Positions 9,929 to 18,316 of a stretch of 64,000 nucleotides of DNA are shown piece by piece. The notes beneath the pieces were generated by a model, which was not told where the DNA came from, searched no databases, and saw nothing but the letters and a program-made list of their open reading frames with translations. The first letter of the stretch is position 1; each line of letters opens with the position of its first letter. This DNA is from an uncultured bacterium (GTDB lineage Bacteria > Babelota > Babeliae > Babelales > Babelaceae): assembly GCA_963713855.1 (NCBI GenBank), contig OY970209.1, positions 256,001 to 320,000 on the forward strand. The letters run 5' to 3'. Both the position numbers and the translations under genes were made by a program.

Positions 9929-10399
9929 ATGAAGAACATTTTAATGACTCTTATAGTACTTCTTTCAAGCACTATTTGCTCCTGCCAGGTGAGTGAGTTA
10001 AAAGTAGCTATAAAAGAGCACAACGCTCAAGAAGTAAGAATACTACTCACCGTGCTTGATCACCTTAGTGTACATGACAAAATGACTACTCAAGTTCTTG
10101 CCAAAGAATCGCTCAATGAAGCATTAAATGACCTCACGGACGAACAATTAAACATATTTGCACAGATTCTTTTAATAGCAGCCACCTTTTCCCTTCCTAT
10201 TGCCACTTGCATCGCCGGGTGGTTCCAATGCGAACAATGCCATCCTAACTGTGGACTGGTACTACCGCTGATACTTGTAATGTTCTTGGGTATTTCAAAG
10301 CTCTGCGAAAACGTTAGCAAATCTGCTGAGCCCGAACAACTAAAAGTAGAAGCTGCAGAAGCGATTGTTCAAATGATTAAAGGCGCAAAAATAGCTTAA
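9929..10399 (+). CDS. Exported hydrophobic-hairpin family protein, paralogue 3
   Basis: Signal peptide, ELKVAIKEHNAQEVR, two TMs with a CEQCHPNC loop; near-identical ends to 11156-11614. Confidence 0.8.
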   Translation: MKNILMTLIVLLSSTICSCQVSELKVAIKEHNAQEVRILLTVLDHLSVHDKMTTQVLAKESLNEALNDLTDEQLNIFAQILLIAATFSLPIATCIAGWFQCEQCHPNCGLVLPLILVMFLGISKLCENVSKSAEPEQLKVEAAEAIVQMIKGAKIA

Positions 10400-10490
10400 T
10401 TAAACTTACCATCTTGCACTTGCTTTTTAAATAGATACCCTGAGAAGGACCTATGATATGACTGACTCATCTTAAGCGAGAAGGATTTTT

Positions 10491-11006
10491 ATGAGGAAGA
10501 TGTTCTTTCTAGGGTTGCTGCTGATTACAAACACCTTTTGCTCTGGCACCTTAGAAAAACTACAAAAAGCCATTAAGTCTCAAGATCAAAATCTTGTAAA
10601 CCAGGCTCTTCAAGAGCTCGGTCAGATTAGTTTAGACGAAAAACGCATTGCTATGAAAATCGCCAAAGAGGCTTTTAACGAGGTAAAAGAAAAGTTTTTC
10701 GCCAAACTTATGAATCAATCTCTTCAATTGTTAGGATGGATGGTAATTATAGGTGTAGCAGGACTAGCTATTAAATATCAAAGATACTTAATACCATTAG
10801 GACCCGTTCGTTATTTGGCTGTATTTGCAGCCATCTGGTCAATAGTGACAGCACTTCTTGCGATAGTGATAACAGCCTACGTTCTTGTTAAAACTCATAC
10901 GTCTGGAATGAACGCACTAGATAAGGCCAAAAGAATTAGAAAAATGATTACAAACCGCCACCTTGCAAATTTTGTTCAAAGTCAAAATGGCAAAGATGAA
11001 TTGTAG
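10491..11006 (+). CDS. Exported hydrophobic-hairpin family protein, paralogue 4
   Basis: LQKAIKSQD...V.QAL.ELG.ISL.EKR motif shared with paralogues 1-3; two TMs. Confidence 0.75.
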   Translation: MRKMFFLGLLLITNTFCSGTLEKLQKAIKSQDQNLVNQALQELGQISLDEKRIAMKIAKEAFNEVKEKFFAKLMNQSLQLLGWMVIIGVAGLAIKYQRYLIPLGPVRYLAVFAAIWSIVTALLAIVITAYVLVKTHTSGMNALDKAKRIRKMITNRHLANFVQSQNGKDEL

Positions 11007-11018
11007 CCGCTTTTTCTA

Positions 11019-11048
11019 GAATTAGGGGAGGGTAACCTCCCCTAATTC
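11019..11048. terminator. Intrinsic terminator hairpin between convergent genes
   Basis: GAATTAGGGGAGG-GTAA-CCTCCCCTAATTC, 13-bp stem with a GNRA-type loop, followed by ATTTTT. Confidence 0.75.
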
Positions 11049-11155
11049 ATTTTTATAAAGATTCCTTACAATTGAATAGATTGATTACTGATGAACGAGT
11101 CATATGACCTCTAATGGCATCTATTTAAAAAGCAAGTACAAGAAGTTAAGTTTGA

Positions 11156-11614
11156 TTAAGCTATTTTTGCGCCTTTAATCATTTGAACAATCGCTTCTGC
11201 AGCATGTACTTTTAGGTGTTCGGGGGTAGAAAATCCCATAGCAGTTTCATAGAGCCTTGAAATACTCAACGATAGTGCTAATATTACCATTATATAAGTT
11301 CCACAGCATAGAGACTGTGGGCGAAACCACAGGGCGATGAAAGTAACAGGAAGTAAAATGGCAATCGGTAATAAAGCCGGTGCTAATTTATCGAACTGTT
11401 CACCGCTGAGTTCGTTTAAAGCTTCTTCGAACGATTCTTTGGCAAGGTCTTGAGCAATCCTTTTGTCATATCTACTAAGGTGATCAAGCTCAGCAAGGAT
11501 TTTTCTTACAGCTTGAGCATTGTGCTCTTTTATGGCTACTTTTAACGCACCCACATCGCAAGAACAAATAGTGCTTGCAAGAAGTACTATAAGAGTCATT
11601 AAAATGTTCTTCAT
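11156..11614 (-). CDS. Exported hydrophobic-hairpin family protein, paralogue 5 (inverted copy of paralogue 3)
   Basis: Start set at ATG 11614 (MKNILMTLIVLL) by match to 9929; identical C-terminus AAEAIVQMIKGAKIA. Confidence 0.8.
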   Translation of the reverse strand: MKNILMTLIVLLASTICSCDVGALKVAIKEHNAQAVRKILAELDHLSRYDKRIAQDLAKESFEEALNELSGEQFDKLAPALLPIAILLPVTFIALWFRPQSLCCGTYIMVILALSLSISRLYETAMGFSTPEHLKVHAAEAIVQMIKGAKIA

Positions 11615-11686
11615 AAAAAGCCTTTTTTGTGAATATGTGTAACTAGTAGCCATTTGACTTTTTAATATAGCTCTTTAAAAACCGCT

Positions 11687-12115
11687 TTATAATGATTCTT
11701 TGAATGCTTCAAACTCGTGTTTGTTTTGCTTATAAATCCTCATAGCTTCTTTATCTCTAGCTTTAAACATGCGACGCCACTCTTCAACTTGGCGTTCGTG
11801 CAATTTCATCATGTGATGCAGCTTTTTATCGAGTAAACGATCACTAAAACCATGCTGCTTGAGCATTGCTAAGCCGTGGATATGAAAATCAGCCTTTTCA
11901 TCATGCTGCTTTTTAATAAGCGCTATTTCTGTATCATTAAAATGACGCTTCAGGTCAAACCAACGATCCATATGACCTTTTTCCATCTCAGTATACGCTC
12001 TCATAGCATCAAGAGGATCCATTCTGTGCATATGCCTCATACGTTTCATGGGACAATCGTCAGCGAATGCCATGCCTGTAAGAGTAAGCGTAAGCGCGAA
12101 AAATAACTTCTTCAT
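11687..12115 (-). CDS. Exported His/Met/Lys-rich helical protein
   Basis: GGAGG RBS before ATG 12115; signal peptide ending AMAFA-like (GMAFA|DD); highly charged helical mature part. Confidence 0.75.
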   Translation of the reverse strand: MKKLFFALTLTLTGMAFADDCPMKRMRHMHRMDPLDAMRAYTEMEKGHMDRWFDLKRHFNDTEIALIKKQHDEKADFHIHGLAMLKQHGFSDRLLDKKLHHMMKLHERQVEEWRRMFKARDKEAMRIYKQNKHEFEAFKESL

Positions 12116-12353
12116 AAAAACCTCCAACTACTAAATTGATTCCTTTAAAAGTAGTTCCAGCGTAACAGTTCGGGCCACAATATTTCAATAGAATACTTTT
12201 ATTAAAAAATAAATGCGGTTTCTATTCATCAGGGTACTTGATGGAAAATGGCTTAAATTTAACCTTTTTTACCCATTTTTCATGAAAAAACTCTTGTTGG
12301 ACCTATTTAAAAAATGCTATTTTGATTTTATATATATGAAAAGAAAATCACAA

Positions 12354-12617
12354 ATGATGACCAAATGTACTGCAGCTTTACTCTTCATTTTTTTATCTTC
12401 GACGCTCTTATATGCTGGTTTTTATCCCAGCTTTAAACCCATTGTTGGGCGCACAGTACAAGAGCGCGAATTGAATGCGCACAGCCAATGCACAACCATC
12501 TGCGCATCGCGCAAAGGCTGGAATGGTAAATATAGCTGCTCGGAAAAGGCATTTGTTGATGCATACCATATAATGCGCTACCAAGTTTTCGGGTGTCAGT
12601 GTGAATGCCTGGACTAA
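12354..12617 (+). CDS. Small exported Cys-rich protein with one MVL-like (mannan-binding lectin-like) repeat
   Basis: Signal peptide, then C-x3-C...GWNGKY...CQCEC. Start moved from 12213 to ATG 12354 (12336 also possible). Confidence 0.55.
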   Translation: MMTKCTAALLFIFLSSTLLYAGFYPSFKPIVGRTVQERELNAHSQCTTICASRKGWNGKYSCSEKAFVDAYHIMRYQVFGCQCECLD

Positions 12618-12645
12618 TAAAATTATTGACGTATAAAGGAGACTT

Positions 12646-13086
12646 ATGAACACATTCTATAAAATAGCTGCCGCGCTTCTTGTGGCAACATGCACACTGC
12701 AATTGCAGCCAGCTGAAACGCCAAAACCCGAAAGAAATTCAACGTGGAGACGTCCCCATTTTGCCTATTCCAATACCGAGATGAATAGAAATTGTAATGA
12801 TATTTGTAGGCGAAGGGGACAAGATTGGACAACCAATTGGTCAGATAAATGGTTTGAAGGCCAAAAATGCGAATGCAAGAACCGTCCAAAATGGTCGTTC
12901 TTAGGGCCCGCACAGGAGACAAAGCGGGTTGATATCGAATACAGACCAGCTGGTGCGATTACAAACTCGCATGACCTACACGAAGCTTGCACAAAAAAAT
13001 GTGAAGATTACGCCGAAAAATACACGGGTAATTGGGTCCGCCAATCTTTTCTTGGCTATAAGTGCGAATGCCAAAAACTAAGTTAA
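12646..13086 (+). CDS. Exported protein with two tandem MVL-like Cys-rich repeats
   Basis: AAGGAG RBS; signal peptide; repeats CNDIC...WTTNW...KCEC and AGAITNSHDLHEACTKKC...YTGNW...KCEC. Confidence 0.65.
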   Translation: MNTFYKIAAALLVATCTLQLQPAETPKPERNSTWRRPHFAYSNTEMNRNCNDICRRRGQDWTTNWSDKWFEGQKCECKNRPKWSFLGPAQETKRVDIEYRPAGAITNSHDLHEACTKKCEDYAEKYTGNWVRQSFLGYKCECQKLS

Positions 13087-13092
13087 GTTTTT

Positions 13093-13124
13093 AAAAAGGG
13101 AAGGTGCATGCCTTCCCTTTTTTT
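13093..13124. terminator. Bidirectional intrinsic terminator
   Basis: AAAAAGGGAAGG-TGCATG-CCTTCCCTTTTTTT between convergent genes, with T-tracts on both strands. Confidence 0.85.
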
Positions 13125-15681
13125 ATGCAAACACAAACCTATCCCCTTCAACACTTATCGTAATATGTTTAAGACCGGGATGCTTGAGCATAAATTCTGC
13201 CATCGGTCCTGTCAGGTACTGCTGTATAGCCCGTCGTAAAGGTCGAGCACCAAAAACTGGATCATAGCCAAGTGTCGCAATTTTATCTGCTACCGCGGGC
13301 ATGCTTGTCAATACAATATGCTGCTCTAAAAGCCTATGTTTAAGATCACCAATCTGGATTTCAGCAATACGCTTTACATCCTCATGTGTAAGAGTCTTGA
13401 AGAACACGATAGAATCAATACGATTGAGAAACTCGGGCTTAAAGGTCTTTCTTAAAAGCTCATGTATATGTTCTTTAACCGCATTTGTAAGACTACCTGC
13501 TTCCAAAATTGCATCTGAGCCAACGTTCGAGGTCATAATGATAATGGTATTTTTAAAAGAGACCCTATTTCCCTGGCCATCGGTCAAATGCCCTTCATCA
13601 AGTATTTGAAGAAAGACGTTAAATACATCTGGATGGGCTTTTTCAATTTCGTCAAACAACACAACGCTATACGGGTGTCTACGAACCGCTTCAGTAAGCT
13701 GACCACCCTCTTCATAGCCGACATATCCTGGAGGTGCACCAATAAGACGCGCTACCGTGTGCTTTTCCATATACTCTGACATATCAATTCGGATAAGCCT
13801 TTTTGGGTCATTGAATAGAAAATCAGCCAATGTTTTTGCAACTTCGGTCTTACCAACACCGGTGGGACCTAAAAACAAGAACGAACCGATAGGTCTATTA
13901 GGATCAGTAAGTCCGGTCCTATGCATCTGGATAGCGTGCGTGATCTCGTCAATCGCTTCATCTTGGCCAATAACTCGTTTTGTAAGTATTGAGCGCATAT
14001 TTATGAGTTTTTCAGCCTCACTGACTTGCAGCTTTTCAGCCGGTATACCAGTCCAACGCGATAGAACGGTAGCAACATCGTTTTCATCAACTTCTTCTTT
14101 TATAAGCGTGTGTGGCAGGTGCTTAATAGCATCCTGCTCTTTTGCAAGATCTTGTTGCAACTTAGCAAGCTTTCCATACTTAAGCTCGGAGGCTTTTGCA
14201 TAATCGCCTTCCCGCTCAGCCTGTTGGAACTTGGTTTGTACAGTTTCAATCTCTTCTTTAATTTTTTGAATACGCTGAAGGGGCTCTTTTTCAGCCTTCC
14301 ATTGCGCAAGAAGCGCCATATGTTTTTCTTTAAGCTGCGAAAGCTCTTTTTCAAGCTCTGAAAGTCGCGTTTTAGATACCTCATCCGTTTCTTTTGTCAG
14401 AGCCACTTTTTCGATTTCAAGTTGGCGTATCGTACGCTCTAGTGCATCAATTTCAGCTGGATGTGATTCAATCTCCATCTTTACCATGGAGGCAGCCTCA
14501 TCAACTAAGTCAATCGCTTTATCGGGCAAGAATCGATCAGGAATATATTTACTCGAAAGCAGCACAGCATCAACAAGCGCCTGGTCTTTAATACGAATAC
14601 CATGATGTAACTCATAGCGCTCTTTAAGCCCGCGCAAAATAGAAACTGCGTCTTCTATCGACGGCTCTTCTACAAGCACGCGCTGAAACCGGCGCTCCAG
14701 CGCTGCGTCCTTTTCAATATACTTTTTGTATTCTTTAACCGTTGTTGCCCCAATACAATGGAGAGTTCCTCGAGCAAGGGCAGGCTTTAGAAGGTTTGAT
14801 GCGTCCATGCCACCTCCGTGACCTCCAGCACCGATGAGCATGTGAAGCTCATCAATAAAGAGAATGACGTGATCATGCGTGTCTTCAATCTCTTTAAGAA
14901 TTCCTTTTAAACGCTCTTCAAACTCGCCCTGGTACTTGGTGCCCGCTATTAAAAGTCCTAGGTCCAGCGAGTAAAGCGTGCTTCCACGTAAACTTTCAGG
15001 AACGTCGTTATTGACGATACGTTGAGCGATACCTTCAGCAATAGCCGTTTTTCCAACACCCGGTTGACCTATAAGCACCGGGTTATTCTTTGTTCTACGA
15101 GAAAGAATCTGTATAACTCGCCGCACTTCCTCATGACGCCCTATGACAGGATCTAATTTGCCCTGACGAGCAGCCTCAGTAAGGTTTTGGCAAAATTTTT
15201 CAAGCATCTGGTAGTGCCTTTCGGCATTACGTGAATCCACTTTTTTGCCTTTACGCATTGTCTGCATCGTTGCTAAAAGAGCCGATGCTGTAAAACCACT
15301 CGCTTTGAAAATATCCCTTATGGAAGATGGTAGGTCCTTACTTTCTGAAAGAGCTATGAGGATATGCTCTATACTTACGTATTCATCATGTAAGCGGGAA
15401 GCTTCTTCTTCAGCTCGATTTATAACGTTTTGTAAAGCGTGGTCAGCAGCTAGTTGACCGCCTGAACTACGTGGAAGAGCCGCTAACTCACGGTCTGCCA
15501 ACACCTTCAACTGCTCAACAGGCACATTCATAAGCCTATATATCGAAAGGCAGAATTCATCGTCAAGCGTTACACGAAAAAGATGAAGCGGTGTCAAAAC
15601 AGGATTTTTAAGCTGTGTCGCTTTCTCAATTGCCGCATTAAAAAGCTCTTGTGTAAGCGTGGTAAATTTTTCAGGCTTCAT
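13123..15681 (-). CDS. clpB: ATP-dependent chaperone ClpB
   Basis: Clp N domain; two AAA+ modules ([16 protein letters not shown]); middle coiled-coil domain (ASELKYGKL); [24 protein letters not shown]. Confidence 0.97.
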   Translation of the reverse strand: MKPEKFTTLTQELFNAAIEKATQLKNPVLTPLHLFRVTLDDEFCLSIYRLMNVPVEQLKVLADRELAALPRSSGGQLAADHALQNVINRAEEEASRLHDEYVSIEHILIALSESKDLPSSIRDIFKASGFTASALLATMQTMRKGKKVDSRNAERHYQMLEKFCQNLTEAARQGKLDPVIGRHEEVRRVIQILSRRTKNNPVLIGQPGVGKTAIAEGIAQRIVNNDVPESLRGSTLYSLDLGLLIAGTKYQGEFEERLKGILKEIEDTHDHVILFIDELHMLIGAGGHGGGMDASNLLKPALARGTLHCIGATTVKEYKKYIEKDAALERRFQRVLVEEPSIEDAVSILRGLKERYELHHGIRIKDQALVDAVLLSSKYIPDRFLPDKAIDLVDEAASMVKMEIESHPAEIDALERTIRQLEIEKVALTKETDEVSKTRLSELEKELSQLKEKHMALLAQWKAEKEPLQRIQKIKEEIETVQTKFQQAEREGDYAKASELKYGKLAKLQQDLAKEQDAIKHLPHTLIKEEVDENDVATVLSRWTGIPAEKLQVSEAEKLINMRSILTKRVIGQDEAIDEITHAIQMHRTGLTDPNRPIGSFLFLGPTGVGKTEVAKTLADFLFNDPKRLIRIDMSEYMEKHTVARLIGAPPGYVGYEEGGQLTEAVRRHPYSVVLFDEIEKAHPDVFNVFLQILDEGHLTDGQGNRVSFKNTIIIMTSNVGSDAILEAGSLTNAVKEHIHELLRKTFKPEFLNRIDSIVFFKTLTHEDVKRIAEIQIGDLKHRLLEQHIVLTSMPAVADKIATLGYDPVFGARPLRRAIQQYLTGPMAEFMLKHPGLKHITISVEGDRFVFA

Positions 15682-16967
15682 GCGCGGATCCCTTTAATTC
15701 GTAAAAGCTTATGATAGCTTATCGCAAAATGGTGAGCGTAGTCACGTAAAGCTATAAGAAGCTGACCTAAAGCTGATTTATTATCTAATACAAACCCTTC
15801 TGGTATAGTTGAGGCAAAAAGACGCTCCTCGCGCTTTGCTAAGCTTATAAGGCACGCATTTGGAACAATACTGAGCACCGCACCTAGTTGCCCTTTACCC
15901 CCGTCAATCAAAACGACGTCAGGCATATCCCCTGCGCGGTAGCGTCGAAGCACCGCTTCTTGCAACGCCGCGTAATCATTTTGCTCATCTATGGTACGAA
16001 TTTTAAAACGACGGCAGCTTTGCTTATCTGGGCCTTTCTGGTTATAACGGACACATGAAGCGACCATGTCCCTACCTTGAAAGTGCGAAACATCAAAACA
16101 ATCTATGCTGCGAGGAATAGCAGCAAGCCCTAATAGGGACTTTAATTCCTCTAACCCACGAGCGTACGTATCTTGACTGCATGAGGTAGTTCCTTGCGCG
16201 CTAAAAACGTCAGTGCCTTCCTTGTTCCTTCGAGCATCCGCTATATGCGCACGCAATGTTGCAAAAATAGTAGGCAGATTTTCAAGATAGCTCACTAAAT
16301 TTCGCGCTTTTTCGTAATCGCGCTCAGAGCTATAACGCGCTATGTCTGTCCGCACAGAACGTTCAATACTTTCATACTTGCCCTCTAGAGCTTCTTTTGC
16401 AAGCTCAACTCGTTTTGTATACTCTTCTGAGTCAAATGTTTTTAAACAGCTACCAGCACAGTTACCTAAGTGGTAATCAAGGCATCCACTTTCCATGCGT
16501 TTTGCACATATTCTTAACCTAAAAGTTCGCATAAGGTATGCGTACGCGACGCGCGCTTGTTTTTTGTGAATAAAGGGACCGAAATAAACGCCCTTTTCTT
16601 TCTTATTGCGCACTAGTTTTACTTCAGGCAAGGTACCACTCGTAAAAAGTATGTAAAAGAATGGGTCACCATGCTTTAAGAGCACGTTAAACTTGGGCTT
16701 ATATTCTTTAATAAGCTGGGCTTCTAAAAGCAAAGCCTCAAGCTCGGTACCCGTTAATATGTAGTCAAGTGCAGCGTATTCAGCTATAAGCGATTCGATT
16801 TTCCAGTCCTCATAACGATTCTTAAAGTAAGAACGTATACGAGCACGAAGACACTTCGCCTTTCCTATGTAAATAACACCTAAGTCCTTATCTTTAAAAA
16901 GATACACTCCTGGAAGCTCAGGTATAGCGCGAATAAAATCTGGTACGCCCATAACGTAATGTTCCAA
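15678..16967 (-). CDS. uvrC: Excinuclease ABC subunit C, short form
   Basis: GIY-YIG domain (PGVYLFKD...IYIGKAKCLRARIRSYF), Cys cluster, UVR helix, RNase H-like domain (IDCFDVSH; LIDGGKGQL; LRDYAHHFAISYH). No C-terminal HhH. Confidence 0.9.
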   Translation of the reverse strand: MEHYVMGVPDFIRAIPELPGVYLFKDKDLGVIYIGKAKCLRARIRSYFKNRYEDWKIESLIAEYAALDYILTGTELEALLLEAQLIKEYKPKFNVLLKHGDPFFYILFTSGTLPEVKLVRNKKEKGVYFGPFIHKKQARVAYAYLMRTFRLRICAKRMESGCLDYHLGNCAGSCLKTFDSEEYTKRVELAKEALEGKYESIERSVRTDIARYSSERDYEKARNLVSYLENLPTIFATLRAHIADARRNKEGTDVFSAQGTTSCSQDTYARGLEELKSLLGLAAIPRSIDCFDVSHFQGRDMVASCVRYNQKGPDKQSCRRFKIRTIDEQNDYAALQEAVLRRYRAGDMPDVVLIDGGKGQLGAVLSIVPNACLISLAKREERLFASTIPEGFVLDNKSALGQLLIALRDYAHHFAISYHKLLRIKGIRA

Positions 16968-17029
16968 CCTAAAAAAACTCGTTTATAACTTAGTGTACAA
17001 AATATGCAAATAATTTCAATAAGAATAGA

Positions 17030-17055
17030 AAAGCTTTCCCTGGTGGGAAAGCTTT
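17030..17055. terminator. Terminator-like hairpin
   Basis: AAAGCTTTCCC-TGGT-GGGAAAGCTTT, downstream of 17080-17385 on the minus strand. Confidence 0.65.
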
Positions 17056-17079
17056 AAGTCTCTTTATGCGATGAGCTAT

Positions 17080-17385
17080 TTACGGACAACGACCGCATGG
17101 ATGGCACGTTTCATCATTTTCAAACTCATCTTCGTCATCGTCATCATCTTCAAAGCCCTCTTCTTCTTCTGAAGGCCCTGCTAGATTTTGTATTTTTCTC
17201 AACTTGCTTTCAAGAAGCTCCATCTCTTCATAAAGGTCATCAAGGCGATCTTCGATGGCTTCAAATTCCTCTTCAATTTCATCAAAACGATCTTCGAGCG
17301 TTTCTACAATATGATCGAGCATTTTTTTTATTTCATCATGCTCAGCGCGTTCCTGAGCATCACGATTTGATTTATAAGCGCACAT
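17080..17385 (-). CDS. Highly acidic coiled-coil protein with terminal CxxCxxC motif
   Basis: AAAGGAGG RBS before ATG 17385; Asp/Glu-rich; ends CHPCGRCP. Confidence 0.7.
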   Translation of the reverse strand: MCAYKSNRDAQERAEHDEIKKMLDHIVETLEDRFDEIEEEFEAIEDRLDDLYEEMELLESKLRKIQNLAGPSEEEEGFEDDDDDEDEFENDETCHPCGRCP

Positions 17386-17686
17386 ATGGCCTCCTTTTTC
17401 AAATCTACAAAACCGGCACATCTTACCAGTCAAAATCCGGTAGGCAAAATTTTGCCCTTAGTTTGATTTATATCAAATTACAGTGACTAGTTGCAATAAT
17501 AAAATCAAGAAAACTGGGCTCTTGTCGGGCATTTTCTTTCTCTTGTCCAACACCCCCAAAGGACTCCAGGAGAGACTGAGCATTTTTTGTCCTATATTTA
17601 TTTTCAGTTTATAAATTATTGAAATAAAGCGTCGAAATATGCTAGGTTAATAAGTGTGATTAAATTTCTACAAGTAGGAAAACCTT

Positions 17687-17878
17687 ATGACAGAGCAAAA
17701 AAAAGAGCATGTTGACGGCTTATTTGAGGTGCATTCTGAAGGTGCAGGCTCAAACGAACGTAAAGAAAAGCGCAAGGGCATGACCCCTCAAGAAGCGGGT
17801 CGTTTGGGAGGAAAAGCTCCTCACCGCTGCCGTGGGTTTGCATGCCAAAAGCAAGAAAAGAAAGAAGAAAATAGTTAG
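17687..17878 (+). CDS. KGG-motif (GsiB/YciG-like) small stress protein 1
   Basis: KGMTPQEAGRLGG matches the MT..EAGRKGG motif; AGGA RBS. Confidence 0.7.
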   Translation: MTEQKKEHVDGLFEVHSEGAGSNERKEKRKGMTPQEAGRLGGKAPHRCRGFACQKQEKKEENS

Positions 17879-17923
17879 ATTTTTTCTATCCATGTATCTG
17901 TATCTTTTATAAAGGAGAATATT

Positions 17924-18088
17924 ATGACAGATCGTAAAAAAGAAGGGCACCATGCCGGAGAACACAAAGGAACAATGACTCACAAAGAAGCTGGCCACAT
18001 GGGTGGCGAAGCTCACCACAAGTGCCGTGGTGCCGAGTGCCATGAAAAAGCACACGAAGCAAAATCAGAAAAGAAAGAAGCTGAGTAA
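17924..18088 (+). CDS. His-rich KGG-motif microprotein 2 (54 aa, absent from the ORF track)
   Basis: Own translation MTDRKKEGHHAGEHKGTMTHKEAGHMGGEAHHKCRGAECHEKAHEAKSEKKEAE; strong AAAGGAG RBS; paralogue of 17687-17878; terminator follows. Confidence 0.8.
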   Translation: MTDRKKEGHHAGEHKGTMTHKEAGHMGGEAHHKCRGAECHEKAHEAKSEKKEAE

Positions 18089-18108
18089 TATCAGAGCTTT
18101 TTTTAAGA

Positions 18109-18134
18109 TAAGGGTCCCCAAGGACCCTTTTTTA
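18109..18134 (+). terminator. Intrinsic terminator
   Basis: AAGGGTCC-CCAA-GGACCCTT followed by a T-run. Confidence 0.8.
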
Positions 18135-18316
18135 TTGCCCTTCAAGCCTCAAACCCCAATCCGAACCTCATAAATTATAACTGAAAATAATATTGATTTT
18201 TAAATATTAAATCAGCTACTATTGTAAGTAAATATGCAGTAGGGCTTAAGCTGTATGCAGAGCCCTCGAGAACCATAGAGATATGTGTAACGGTCTACCT
18301 TTAAAGGAGAGTTCAG

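Larger units (their letters stand above)
9853..11686. repeat. Inverted duplication of about 600 bp (approx. 9853-10470 versus 11090-11686) covering a gene and its flanks
   Basis: Upstream sequence and the first 36 coding nt match in reverse complement; 10352-10400 is identical to the reverse complement of 11155-11203 (49 bp); similarity continues about 70 bp past the stop codons. Confidence 0.9.

Noticed and set aside
9853..11686. Inverted repeats as the ends of a transposon or IS
   Set aside because: The repeats are whole genes; no transposase or target-site duplication is evident.
17750..18055. 101-aa minus-strand hydrophobic ORF
   Set aside because: It is the antisense shadow of the two KGG genes, which have RBSs, mutual paralogy and a terminator.
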